Source: Balanoglossus misakiensis
Taxonomy: Eukaryota; Animalia; Hemichordata
Assembly: GCA_040954595.2 (NCBI GenBank)
Contig: CM082595.2
Coordinates: forward strand, 62,001-126,000
DNA length: 64,000 nucleotides
Direction of reading: 5' to 3'
In this document: positions 21,693 to 35,722 of the stretch, piece after piece
How the letters are laid out: every line of letters begins with the position of its first letter
Position numbering within the stretch: the stretch's first letter is position 1
Notes under the pieces: model-generated
Seen by the model: the letters and a program-made list of their open reading frames with translations, nothing else
The model's database searches: none
Told to the model about the DNA's origin: nothing
Program-made: the position numbers and the translations under genes

Positions 21693-24600
21693 ATGGCCTA
21701 CCCACAACGAGGATCAACTCAACACAAACTTGAACAACAACTGGCAGCTCTAGAGGTCACCCCAGGAGGAAGCACACAACCAGGGGCTGTAACCACGGAA
21801 ACAAGCTACTCCTACTCTTACAAGACACCAACATATCAAGGCGCCCCCAAGAAATTTGCGCCAGTGACCGCGCCAAAGCCAAGATACACAGCCACAGGTC
21901 AGCAAAACGGACAGAAAGCCCCCTCGCCTCCTCCCCCGCCCGGGCCAGATTCATATTCTACTATATTGTCTTCCAGCCGGACTGATTATAATAACTCTAA
22001 TTTTCAGTTTGCACAGCCCAGCTCCACATCTAATGAAGACTATCTTCAGCATGGCCAGAGAGCTACCAAAGGTAGTGTCGTAGAAAAAAGCTAACACAAC
22101 TAATTTTTGGTTGTTGTGTATATTTTGGCTATTTTTTTTAGTTGGCTTGTGTGAATTTGTGGCTGAAAAGGCATGATGGTGACTTTAATGCACAAATATT
22201 TTCTAACTCGAGTGCATGAGTGATATTCTACATGTGAGTTGCATGTGAGCTTACACTCATATTGGAAAATGTGACCTGCCAACATTGCAACCCTGGGATT
22301 AAGGTACATGGAATTATTTGAGATAGCAGTACGAAAGAGAATTTGGTCAAGCAACAGTATTCAATTGATGTGTCTGAAAATGGCTAGGTCATGCATATTT
22401 GCATGCACTGTTAGAGAGAATGTCTTGGTTGCAAAATGAGTGCTCAACTGATTGAAATGCTAGCCTTTAACAAGACCATGAATCCTTATTGAAGACAAAG
22501 TACCATTCTGTTAGACCTGACAACTACTCAAAATCCCTAACCTTACTTCAAGCCTTACCTCATTGGTCAAACGCGGGAAGCTTGACCAATGAAAACCACT
22601 GTTACAATTTCTGTGGTGTGTCATATTCCTTCTTCTTGAAAAGTCTCTAAGCCACTTCTAAGTCCGCATGACTTTTTCACCTTCATTAGCATCTTAAACT
22701 TCAAACAAGAAAGCATGTTAAAAATAATTCTTTCTGTGAATTTTTTTTGCATGTTTTCAGGAATTATTTCTGCTACTAACACATCCCGCAATAAAGGTAA
22801 TTATCCTAACAACTCTTTCCTTTCACCTCTTATATAGTTGACATTCTTCTTTAATAATCTATATGCCTTGTTTCTCTGAATCAAACAACTTATCAAAGGT
22901 TGTGCCAATCTGGAATCTATAAAACATTTCCAGGAACAGCGTCTCGATCCTTTTATTTGGTCACATGACTACATGTAGATTGCTTATGTGTTTGGTTAGA
23001 GTAATCAGTTTCAAATTCAATTCCCCCAAGTTGGCATGAAATTCGAATCCCAATGTTTAAGCCAGGGTCAGTAAAGTTTGCATGCCAAATATATAATGTG
23101 TACCCTGACACAGTAGTTCCTTTTTAAAGTAGACGAATCTTCCTTTGCAATGTTATTCTACCAGTATGTTTCCATACAGCATGGAACAAAATAATCCTTG
23201 TAAATGCTAAACTACACTGTATAATAAATGCCAAACCGTTTACAAAGGCTGAATAAAGTGAGAGGCTGTCTGCACTTCTTTTAACCCTTTCAGAGCACCA
23301 TAGTTTGGTCCAAATCCACTGTTCTCCTTTATAAGGGGAATTGGGATGAAAGTGGATTGGTTTTACATGAATATATACATATTAACACATAACATGTAAA
23401 TATCATTCAATAATGGTGTACCGGTATTTCTTTCTCACTGACTCATGCTTACCACATGCTGTAAATTTTTTCTCAACACCAAACAATCCCTTTTCCAAGC
23501 TCTTCAAATTGATCTTACATCAATCAACTTTTTCTTTGTTTCATGTAAAATGTCATACTCTCTTACACATCAACTTTCTGTCTCCAAGACAACCAGGAAT
23601 TGGTCTTCATCTTTTTCATTCTTTCTCATCTTTTTTCTCTCTCTTCATCTTTTCTCTCTAGATCCACCTCCCCCTATTCCTCCAAGAGGAACTGCTTTCT
23701 ATGGACATCAACAAATAGGTTCATCTCATTCGTATTGCTCTCAAAATCATCAAAATTACTGTGGGGATTTTTTTGTGGAATTGTGGGAATTATGACATAA
23801 TTTTATCATCATGCAATTTTTTCTTTGGTTATGATGTAGTCTTATGAAGATATGATTATATATTTGCATACATACAATGTATTGTCTGTCAGTGAGTTGA
23901 AGTGAGCATTTTCAACAATGTTTCGGAAAATAGTACTGATGAACTCCCTTGAGTATTAATAATGGCACAGTGTTATGAGCTGCCATGGTTTCATTTTCCC
24001 CCTGAATCCTCAATCTAATGCCTTACAACATTTTCTTTCAGCATGCAGGTATCTGCGACTGCCAATTCAAGGTCCTTACGGCCAAAACATTAACAAAGTT
24101 TGCTTTGCACTCTCTAACACTATTAATGTCAATAATGACCCTGTCACTGAAATGAAACCATTGATATATATACCACTTGCATTTCTTTTAATGATATCAG
24201 TGTGTGTAAAAATTATTTTCCTCTCTGAATAGTGCCACACAGTTCTGTAATGAGAAATGTCCCATCAGTTTCAAATTTCAAATCAGTTCCAAAGTATGGT
24301 AATCGTGATATTTTGATAAGCTGACATATCGCTAATTCACACCACATTTCTCAGTACATGTATATTGATCACTCCATGCTAATGAAAACATCCATCAACC
24401 AAATTGTGTGGGGGTGAAAGAGTTTCTTTCTCAGAAATCAAATGTTCATGTAACAGTGAAATATTATGTCCTGTTGTTTTATGTAAATAATCATCACTGC
24501 AAACTATCAATAAATAAATACACATGCATTATGAAATTAATATTCGTAAAATTTGAATCAATGGTTTCAGTTTCACTGACTGGTAACCACGTTTGCAATT

Positions 24601-27600
24601 TTAGAATTTTCAGTAATATTTAATGCCAGTGTGAATGTTGGTAGTTTTACTGTAGATGCTTACTTTCTCTGTCTTGGCCACTTTTTACAGGACAGCCACC
24701 ACCGCCTCCTCCAAAGCCAAAAATTCGGCCGCAATATAACACAGGTACAGCACATAAATTGCACCAGCTATCTTTAGACCTTCTAACCCCCATATGTTTC
24801 TTCTTTTTTGCACAACTTATTGTTTTAGATCATTCCATTGAGCAAAATAGGAATGACAAGTGCTCATACTAACTTTTTCTTGCATTAAATTTGCTTGTTG
24901 TATTGTGTGTGTTAACCTAATCATCTGCAGATATGAGTCATAATAATCGGAAAATGTATGTAGTAATCTTTTTTTGTCACAAATTATCAGCATTTGTTTT
25001 TAAGCTCTCATGGTTAATTTTCTAATCTGCTTTTCACTTGGCATACAATCCTGTGTAACACACACACGTACACACACACATGGTGAACAACCATATTTTA
25101 ATTGTCAAAATGGTGTCGCGAATACTTGACTCTCACATTAATTTGATTGAGAATGTCCTGTAACATATTTGTACATTCCCGTAATACACCATTCTACATA
25201 TTTGCCCTTGATCATAAAAATCCACTGCTTTATAAATACCACCTAGATCATTGACATGTTATTTGTATCGAATTCTCACATGCAGTTAAATTCTCAGTAT
25301 GTAGAATGTACTATAAATACTCCTAAGTTATCAAACGCAGCTGCTCGATGAAGCTGACATTCCCAAGCGTAGATTATTCCATCAAAACACAGAGTCTTAG
25401 TTGAGGATTTATAGAGGATGTATGTGAACTACAAAAACGGAAATTTGAGCTTAAAATATGATTTGTGCATGGGCAATGTTAAACTGTCAGAACAGATTTG
25501 TTGGTATTTTGCACACATTTCATGGAGGCAGCCATAATACATATTTTTGATAGAGAAGGGTAACTCTAAGAATTGAGAAAGTGGAACTCCATCCTTGAGT
25601 TTTTTCTTCAATATTCCTTGAGGCACATCAAGACTTGGCTTATCATTGGAAAGCTGAAAACTCAAATACATGTATACCTGAATTATAAATTTACCTGTTA
25701 GATTTAAGTGTTAATATGCGTTACATATGAGTAATGGGTTTGCAGTTTCTTTGAGGTTTGCTTGTAAAGGCTAACAAAATAATACATGTACACATTTCCA
25801 TGAAATGGTCACATGGTGTTTGCATATAACTTTCATGTGTTCGGGATAATTTTAATTACTGGTGATAGGTGTACATTGTATAGCCATGCCATTTTCATTT
25901 GTTAGTACACCATCTGGCAGTCACATCCACAAAATTGAAGTCTTTGTTTTTTTTATGTCTGTTCACAGGTCTACCAACCTACAAGCCAACTGTATATGGG
26001 GAGACCACCGACACAACTGACGACCTCCCACCACCTCCACCACCACCACCCCCTCCAGAACCCGAAACCTATGCATCACAAGGAGGCACAGCGTTCCCAC
26101 CTCCCCCACCAGTATCAGATGATCTCCCTCCTCCCCCACCTCCTCCCGGTGTGACCAGTTACACATACACCAAAACGGAAACACACCAAGTCCCCCAGTC
26201 ATCTTCCCCTCCCCCTCCACCCCCACCACCAGCTCCTACTTCGTATGAACCACCTCCATCTTACGGCCAGCAAAAATACTCTCTGGCTAGGACAGTCCCA
26301 CCTGCTCAATCATACAGCACACCTCCCCCTCCCCCACCAGCCCCTCAAACCCACATTTATCAACCAAGGGAACCCCAACCACAGACATATCACAGGCCTC
26401 CTCCTCCACAGACAACAACATATGCCCCTCCGGCACAGCCACAACCACGGGAAGCCTACCAGCCCCCTTCTCCCCCTCCTGCTCCTGCAAGCACCTACGT
26501 CCCCATGCAGTCCAAGTACAGCCCACCAGGCTCCAATTACCCTCCCCCTGCCAACACCTATGCGCAGCCCACCAGCAGCTACGCCCAGCCATCCAGCAAA
26601 GGGGAACCCGCAACAACCATGTACAAACCCAGTGCACCTAGCAGCTACACCGTTCCCAAACCCTCGGACCAACCCATTGCCAAGCCAGATAAGACCGGAA
26701 CGGAAGCAGAAGTCGATGCCCTAACCAACTTGTTGGTTCAGAATATGGAGAATGCTGTGGAACCCGATTTCTTTGGTAAGTGGAAATTTCACAAAATTGC
26801 AAACTGATGTGGTGCCGAGGTGGACTTATCCCCTTTCTTGCAGTGGTGGCACCTAGACCTGAACAAGCGAGAGCTAGCCACGAATGGGTCTGTCTTCAAC
26901 CAGGACAAGGACAGTTGGTTCTTCTTCCAAACGCATTCAAGTCATTCAACCTACAAAATTGCCAGCTACTTTCATTTTACATTAGTTACAGTGCTGAATA
27001 CTGGAGGTTTCCTTGCACTGTCTACAGAGTAAAACAAAATTTATAGGAATATTGAGCTCTTTATTTCCTGTAATCTTTGTAGGTACTTGTGCCAAGTGTG
27101 AACAGAAAGTATCAGGAGATGACAATGGCTGCTCAGCCATGGACAAAATATTTCACATCAATTGTTTTACCTGCGAGACCTGTCAAAGCAAGCTACGAGG
27201 CAAGCCTTTCTATGCTCTGGAGGGCAAAGCCTATTGTGAAGAGTGTTATCTTGTAAGTCTCATTCAAAGATGATTTTCCTATAGGTTACTTTCAAGGTCT
27301 TGTTATGGGTTATGTAGTTGACTTGTTACACAATATGTCCTCGTAATATAGTTTCTCATCAGTCATCGTTTTGAATTGTGACAAGTTGAGCCATTTGTTA
27401 TTAATACACTCATCATTTTAGTAGACTTTATTCTGATTTGGACAGGTAACTCACAAGTTATGATTCAGACACTGTCCACACACTGATTCCCAAACCAGGC
27501 TGCTGAGCACTGTTCATGAAATTCTGGTCCGGGTCTGTTTTACTTTAAAGTTGATGCTTTAGATATGATGTGTATTTATCTGAGTGTTCTAATTGTGTTC

Positions 27601-29394
27601 GCAGGCCTCCCTGGAGAAGTGTTCTGTGTGTTCTACACCAATTATGGATAGAGTAAGTATCATTCTACTAGACACCTCTCCCCTATAATTCTTGTGATCA
27701 CTGATGCAACTATATTTGTATGGAAAATGGATGGATATACCATTATCTTCTTAGTTTCGCATAAGTTATTCAAAGAAAAAATTTGAAGTGTTTGTCATTT
27801 GTAAACTTGTAGTACTCTCATGTCAAAAGTTGAAAATCGCGATCCAGATTTTACATTTGAAACCCATGTAATTTGTCCAGCCTGTGACACAATGGTCTTC
27901 ACACATTGGATTCCACAACTGACAATGCAACCTTTCATACCAGACAGGTGTTTAGCCACTTAATCCTGGCTTTGAAATACATGTGGCACATTCATGAGGG
28001 TGTCACAATACCATGGCTAATTCCCATGTTTGAATACAGGAACCAATGATGCGTGCACATAGCGTGACCTGCGCAAATTCACCGGTCAACTGTTCATTCA
28101 GTGCAGCATGAGTTCACAGAGGTAGCTAGTGAACAATGTTAATGCTGACAGCTCTGTTTGTAGTGTGTCTGCTGATCCAAAACAAAAGACACACATACAC
28201 ACACCATGGTATTGCTGACAGCTCTGTTTGTAGTGTGTCTGCTGATCCAAAACAAAAGACACACATACACACACCATGGTATTGCTGACTGACTCTGTTT
28301 GTAGTGTGTCTGCTGATCCAAAACAAAAGACACACACCACAAACATACACACACCATGGCATTGCTGACAGCTCTGTTTATATGATGTTTGCTGTTCTGA
28401 TACAAAACACTAAATTTAATAGACAGACAAAATAGACAAAAACAAAACCACTTCTTACACAGATCTTTTTAATGTTGTAGATACTTCGTGCAACTGGTAA
28501 ACCCTACCACCCAGCTTGCTTTACCTGTGTGGTCTGCGGGAAAAGCCTGGATGGAGTTCCTTTCACTGTGGATGCAACCAATCAGATTCATTGTATTGAA
28601 GACTTCCATAAGTAAGTAACAGGTTGAGTGATTAGTCCACAATGTAGTGAAGGCAGCTGGCTAATAATACTGAAAATTCAATTATGATAAAAAGTTATCT
28701 AATTTTTATTCTAATATTGATAATTGCTGTTGGTTAAATGTGTGTTTGTATGTTGTATATGTAAGTATGGTGAAAGTTTGCATTGTGGCCACTAGGTGGC
28801 TCTATTTATTGAGGAGCTGTCAGCAGATGAAGGAGACATGCAGGTTTTCAAGAACTGATGTTTGATAATTTCATTGACACTTATGCATGTTTCCCCCCTT
28901 TTCATTTCCAAAACAGGAAGTTTGCTCCGAGGTGTTCCGTTTGCCAGCAACCAATAATGCCGGAGCACGGCCAGGAAGAAACCGTGCGTATTGTGGCCAT
29001 GGATAGAAGCTTCCATGTGCAGTGTTACAAATGCGAGGTGAATGAAAATCTTGAATCTGTCAAAATTCTGACTTGTTGCCTGGTGCCTGTCCACTTGTCA
29101 GAAGGAGAATTTGTGTTATTTTTCTTTATTTTAATCAACTGTTGTATATCATGTGCATTCGAAATATTCGTAAGTGTAACTAACACCCTGGCAGGAAGAG
29201 GGTTAAGCAATAATTGATGGTTTACTTCACTTCCACTGAAATTAATGTATTCTTTCATGTTGCAGGATTGTGGCCTTCTGTTGTCGTCCGATGCTGATGG
29301 ACGTGGCTGCTACCCACTGGACGATCACATCCTTTGCCGTGACTGCAATGCCGGACGCATCCAAACCCTGACATCTAGGATGTCTGACCAGTAG
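21693..29394 (+). CDS. LPP: Zyxin-family LIM protein, lipoma-preferred-partner (LPP/TRIP6)-like: Pro-rich N-terminus and three LIM domains
   Basis: Exons 21693-22071, (22761-22796), (23662-23718), (24691-24744), 25969-26775, 27083-27252, 27605-27652, 28481-28611, 28917-29037 and 29266-29394 are in frame (643 aa with the bracketed micro-exons, 594 without). Motifs: [26 protein letters not shown]1-type sites, [71 protein letters not shown]. Confidence 0.93.
28143..28379. repeat. Intronic ~70-bp tandem repeat (~3.2 copies)
   Basis: Units start at 28143, 28213, 28283 and 28363 (tgctgacagctctgtttgtagtgtgtctgctgatccaaaacaaaagacacac...). Confidence 0.9.
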
Positions 29395-31723
29395 AAGTAG
29401 CAATGAATATCTCAAGATATTATGTTGGATGTTGTATAAAACATTTTGGAGAGTGTAAGAGAGAACAACACGTGCAACCAAAATTAAGGAACAACTCATC
29501 TTCCAGGAGACATTTGATATTAAATAAAACGAAACTTTGAAATCACGAGATATGTATTAGTAGCACATCTCTACACATGCATAGGTTAGCAAAAAAATCA
29601 CACAAAAATTCAAATCTTGTCACTTTTCTAACTTTTAAAGACACAGAAGTATTTCTGGTGTATGTCTTACTTAGATGGCCTACACCATTTGAAATTAGGA
29701 GTGGGCAGTGGTAATTAACAAATATGATGAAAAAGGGATATTTTTTGAAAACTTTCTACTGTTTTTGGTTAGAAGCTCTATAATGCGATGTTGAGATTTT
29801 GTGAATCGTTTTAAGGAGCAACCTTTGGTAGTCATTTGTTGGGGGGGGGGGGGGGAATTCAGTTACGAATTTTATAATGTCGAGTTGACCCCTTCATGTG
29901 TGTAGTGGCCTCAACCGTGGGTTCTACTTGTAAGTGGGGGTAATCTGTTTGTGATGAGTATTTGGAAGTAATTTTGTGCACAGTTCTGTGGAGTATGAAT
30001 GTATGGTAATAAGGACTGGTATATAAAATTGAGACGGGTTCAACATGCAAGGGAATTAGGCTCAAGGTCAAACTGCAAGATGTACATTGTATAATGTCAT
30101 AATGAAGTTTGGTGTTTTTATAATATGTGTGCTAAAAGGGTACAGATTGTATTGTCAGGCATAAGTTATTTTGTATGGCCAGTAAACATGGTAATGAGCA
30201 GATTCGTTATAAATGTAGTAGTCTTCCTTTCCTGTGGAGGTGCCAAATTGCTGAATATTGAAGAAAAAAATACAGTTGGGTATTTTGAGACAAAACTATG
30301 CAGTTTCAGTGCCTTTGTTAAGTAGTTAACATTTGGAAAAAAACATTCTGTATTTTTACTCTTTTTGGTTCTTCCATCACTGTTGAGTAATTAAAAAATC
30401 CACCATGTCTAAGGGTCAACAGAAATTTGAATAATTTTGCTTTGAGTAAAATTTTAAAAAAGAAATAGTGTGTTGTCACCCAAATAACCAATAATCTTTA
30501 TGACAGTGATAAGAAAACACAATTTGAAGCAAATTCATAAATATAAATAATTTTGCAAGCTATGATGCAATAATTACATGTATTTTATCAGTTTCTCTAT
30601 GGATACGTGAAGCAGCTGCCTTTTGACACAACTTGCGACTATTCGCAGCTTATTGTTGAGAATGAACTTGTGCAAATTCTTGTTGCTTTGTTCATTTTGA
30701 TAATCAGGCTGGTTCGGTTAAGGAGTCGAACTGCACAATCTAAGGACACGGCAGTAAATAAGCAGTGAGTTTGCTGATCACATATGGGTTGAAGCTTGTT
30801 GAATTGCACACAAAGTACCAGCATTGGTTAAGTATATATGAACCATGACATATTTTTTGAAAACTTCAAAGATTTCTACTTGTAGTTTAAATGCAGGGCT
30901 ATATGTAAATTCAGGATAGCAGTAATGTAAACCAAGCATATGTGACAGTTTCATGCTAATATGACGTCATTTGCTAATTTTAATAAAAAGACTTAATCTA
31001 AACACTTGGAAGGTGTGTGTTGATGTTGTGTCTGTCAACCCAAATTGATCATGCTTATATCGATTGTTTGTGCTGATGAGTATATATACACAAACATTTT
31101 ATATCAACCTCAGATTGTGGCCCAGGTTTAATATGCAAATTTAACATTGTGATAACAACACCTTCAAAGGTGCCAACAAAGACTGATGGTTCATTACTAC
31201 AATCTTGGGTAGTAACTGGGACTATTTTATTGCCAAAAAATATCACTCGGCCAACCATGATGATGATACCAACAAAGCCCAAAATGACACTCATGTACAA
31301 AAAGGTCCACCCCATTATCTTATCAGAACAATCACTGTGTCACATACTTCTACATGTTTGTGACATTCTACCACTCGTCATCATGCACGTGCATATGCAC
31401 TCATCTCCTGATTCTCTCTGTCCTGCAACCCCTATGATTCATCTCTATAATACCACTGTATATATAAAAACGTAACTCATTTTATAATATGCCTTAAATG
31501 TTCATTGTGTGTCTGGTATAATCGTGGGATGGTCGAAAGTGTCAAGTATGGAATCGTTAAAATGTAAACAGGTACGGGTCAATGTGTTTTGTACGATTTT
31601 CCACGGTCTACGTCCCACATAAAGCATCAAATGATCATATATAGTTTATACCATTCATGGCGGCCATGCCATCCATCACCATAACAACCATGTAGTACGC
31701 CATCTACGTTGAATATCTAAAAG

Positions 31724-31760
31724 TGACGTCATCCAAATTCACGTGATATAAAAATGGCCG
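31724..31760 (+). promoter_or_regulatory. Compact proximal motif cluster at the TPRG1L start (CRE, E-box, YY1-like)
   Basis: TGACGTCA at 31724-31731, CACGTG at 31740-31745, and AAAATGGCCG overlapping the ATG. Confidence 0.35.
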
Positions 31761-34700
31761 AGGACAACCCAGCCGAATTAGAGATAAACGCAGATAGGCA
31801 GTCTACGAAATATAGCCCTCAAGACGCTGAAGAAAATCTTGACGACAGAGCCATTCCCGAGGTCCATTTTCAGAGTTCGAGACTGAGCGTTCGCACAGAT
31901 TCTGCAGAAGTCAAAATGAGTACAGACAGTCCAGTGATCGGTTCAACGACGCAGCAACAACCGTCGGAAACGCCAGCGTCAGTACCAAACCTTGGCAGAC
32001 CTAAAAGTGCACCCATGTCCAAATATCAACAAAAACAATTCTTCGCTTACAGGGTAAGGGTATTCAAGGTCGCCTATTATGCGCAGAAAGACGAGTCTCT
32101 ATTTGGCAAAAGCCGTTCTTTTTTTCACTATAGTCTGCGAAATTTTGTATTGATTTTAATATTTCATAGAGTAGCCAGCGTCATTTATGTGTGGCGACGC
32201 GATGTCGTACGGAATAATTTTTAACGGTCATCAACGAGAAATTTCGGTCAATGAGATGTATTGTGAAGTGTACATGTAGTATTGAGGTCATGAGAGTTCA
32301 TGGGGTGTGCTGGTTGAGTGCACAAATCGTAAAAAATACCAAGTCACATGAGTTTTGATTCGAATAACTGTTTGTCTTTTAACTAAACTTGTGTCATGTC
32401 ATTGCTGTACTAGTATGTCTCAAAAAGATATGAGCTTGTCCATATTGAAGGTCAAATTAAGACACTCTTCGGGGACAATGACATGGTGATTGTCCTCTTT
32501 TACGTTTGTGAATCAACCCCATGAACTCTCTGTTTCATCCTTTTCAGGATGTCAGGTTTATGGAAACATGGAAAGAACTCCAGCCTTGGGCTTGAATTTT
32601 GAAACATGACAACACTCCCTGGTTATGACATTCACAATGTCCTGTGTTGCTTTGATGTGACATTTACAGAGGTCACATATAAGCCTAGGTGCCACAACAA
32701 TCCTTACATTTATCTGATATCTAGACAACTTTTCCTGGTATGTCTAGAGAGGTGTGTTTACTTCTAAAGAAATTGTCAACAGTGGGTCTGGCATTACGTG
32801 CCTGATGGGTGGCAGTGTACGCTCAGTTGAGTTCAATGCCACCAATCCATGGTTCCTGTAAACAACTTTATTTCAATTGTTGATCAATCTTAATTATTAT
32901 ACATAGGTCGCTTTCTAAAATTGCTTCTTATTTAACTGACCCACCCCTTCCCACAATCATAGTGACAATTCCAACCTCTATGTAACAAGCTTTGTTTCAG
33001 ATGCATTTGTGTATGATTGGTTTGTGGAACCAAACCTCTAAAAAGTGTCAGTAATGCTTTAGATTTATTGGTATCAATACTTGAACTGATAGAAATAATC
33101 TCTCTCTCTCTGCATAGTTCCCTGTCTTGTTATAGCCATACCTTGGTTGCTAGTGTTATAACACAGTCACATGTTTCTTACAAGTTGTTGACTGTTTGTT
33201 ATAACCCTGGGTCATTTGGAAATGACTTCAAATTGCTCTGTGAGACTCCCTAACTCCCTTTTAATTGTCCCTGCCTTGCCCAAACATCTTCAGTTCGTTG
33301 AATGGGAACTGACATGTATTGAAATTGAAACCTCATCTAATAAATACTTGATTAATACTATACTCCATTGTATAGACAAGTTTCCATATTAGACAGGGTT
33401 CAGTTGAGACAGGTTTTACTAATGGCTGAATACACTTTGATGTGCTCATATCACCCAGGTTTGTGAGCAAGCCACTTACTATGGTTTTTGTCTGTCTTTT
33501 TTCTTTGTAGCCAGGGGCGATAGAAGCTGCTGTCGATTCTTGCAAATCAATCATCAAAACTGATGTGGATGGAGATATCAGAGGTGTATGGCTGCTTGTT
33601 GAGTAAGTCATTTCTTCTATAGAAGGAACTGGGGTGAAGGGTTAATTTATTCAGGTGCTGTGATCATCAAATTATTGAATTATTCATCATTGATCAGCTT
33701 CTGTTTTATTGTTAACTTGCTCATTTTGAAAATGGCATTACGTTACAACAAAATTCTCAAATCCCCTGAGAGCCTCCTTATCTTGCCATTGACTCGTGCT
33801 AGGCATGTTGAGTCATATGAAATTTCGGTTGTTTCACCTTTGAATGGAAAATAGGCATTCTCAGATAAATGCCATAACCTGATTGCTGATGCACTGAAGA
33901 GCTCGTTGGACCCTGTGGAAATGGAAATGTCATTGTTGTCCAGGGTAGTACATTAGCTAATGTTGGCAGGGTCCCTGAGTTGTTCGACCTGGATTGCTTA
34001 TAAGCATGCACATCAGGTCTGTTCGACGACTGCAGTCATGTTCCTGTACATCCATGTGTCATTGACATGTGTTTCTAAATCGTAGTCATATTTCTGAAGA
34101 AAGACAAGACTGAGAAAAAATATGTGGTTAATGAAATAATGATTAAGGCTGTTTTGATAGTGACAAAGAAACACTGAAATGTAAATTAAATACACCCACA
34201 CCACAATGGCAGTTTAGGCCATAGTCTGTATACAGAGCTCTGAAAAGTACTTAACAGTGTCATAGAGTGTCAATGACAAGGACAAATACTCGTGTTTGAA
34301 TTGGATAGTATCAACAAATTGAAGAATGCAGTTTTGTGTATAAGGATAACATAATGTTCAAAGTCCTGCATGTCAAGAGGACTGAGACTGTAGTTTTCAG
34401 ATCATTCTTGAAATTGAATTAATATTTACAAATCCTGGTGAACTTTTACAGATTTTTAGTAATTTATATAAGTGTGTGGTGAGATGGCTGCTGGCTGTCA
34501 TTTTGTGCATTTTTGTCTCTGAGCTTTTCACTTTTTATTTGACAATGATACATGCCACTTTAGATCATGTGGTCACACTTCCATTTCACCTGACTTTGTC
34601 ATACCAATCACATCTGAATCTTCTCACAGGATCGACCACTGGGACAATGAAAAGGAACGCTTGGTGTTACTCAATGACAACTCTTTGCTGTGTCTCAAAT

Positions 34701-35722
34701 ATGATTTTGTTGCCTGCAAACTGATCGAATTCAAACGAATTATGCTGAAAGTCATCGACAAGGTCACATATGGATTGTTTGAATATCCTGAGAAGACAAT
34801 CGCAACGTGAGTATCCACCATCCAGACTCTTAACACAATCTGTCAATAATTCCTCTGCAGATGCTCTACAGATTTTGTCTGCGTGTACATACCAGGCATT
34901 GCCGCAGACCTGTGCCTTCTCGCTTGAAATCTCTCTCACCGTGTTTTCTCTTGTCGTTTTTCTGCACAGTCCACGAGACGGGTCTGGCATCCGTGCACAC
35001 TGGAACAAAGGAGTAGAGCCCTCAGTGGCAGCCAAGTGGAACCCTTGGAGCAAACAGATCCCATGGATAACATTTACCAATCACCCACTGCAATACAAAG
35101 AAGATCGAGACACTGATTGCTACAAGGTGAGCTTTCCTTAACATCGTTAACTTTCCAGTTTACCTAGCTGTGGCTAAATTGGCATACGTGACCTCACATA
35201 TAATCATTTAAATATTTAGTGCCTATGATCAGACCAGACCTTAGTACCTAGTTTGAACACCGCTCAATACTTGAGGTATGTCAAAAAGTGGTCACCCTAT
35301 CATGTCATTCCCTTCACCCCTTGTATTCATTTCAAGTTGACGTGAACCACATTGATTTTCTCATTGTCCGGTGGCACCACTTTCATAAAATGGGTAAGAG
35401 GGACACTAATCGATGTCACGATTTCAATGTTGACTAAATATTCTAGAGATAAACAATTCTTGTTGAGATTAATTATTGACTGGTATCTTTAAACACTGAC
35501 CCAAAATGCCTCACCTTTGAAATTTCACAGATTGAGACCTTCAGGCCAGCATTTGTACAAGCCATCGAGAACGCCCAAGAACAAAAGAGCTCTGAGGGTG
35601 CCACAGCACTCACAGTTCAAGAATCACCTCTGTTTGTTGACAACTACGTGGGCTTTGCATCACTGGTGCACAACCAGAGCCACCTAGGATTTTCAAGAGA
35701 ACGGGGCGGAATCAGTTTCTAA
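31754..35722 (+). CDS. TPRG1L: Tumor protein p63-regulated gene 1-like protein (TPRG1L/Mover family, hSac2 domain), 5 exons, 305 aa
   Basis: Exons 31754-32053, 33511-33602, 34630-34806, 34970-35126 and 35531-35722 are in frame. Family motifs: FFAYRPGAIE, WLLVEIDHWDNEKERLVLL, KWNPWSKQIPWITFTNHP and HNQSHLGFSRERGGISF*. Confidence 0.9.

Noticed and set aside
25963-26724. Overlapping antisense and alternate-frame ORFs in the large LPP exon
   Set aside because: Shadows of the C-rich, proline-coding exon.
28098-28405. Repetitive ORFs on the minus strand
   Set aside because: Translations of a 70-bp intronic tandem repeat.
28787-28803. CTCF-like motif GGCCACTAGGTGGCTC
   Set aside because: A single short motif match with no supporting evidence.
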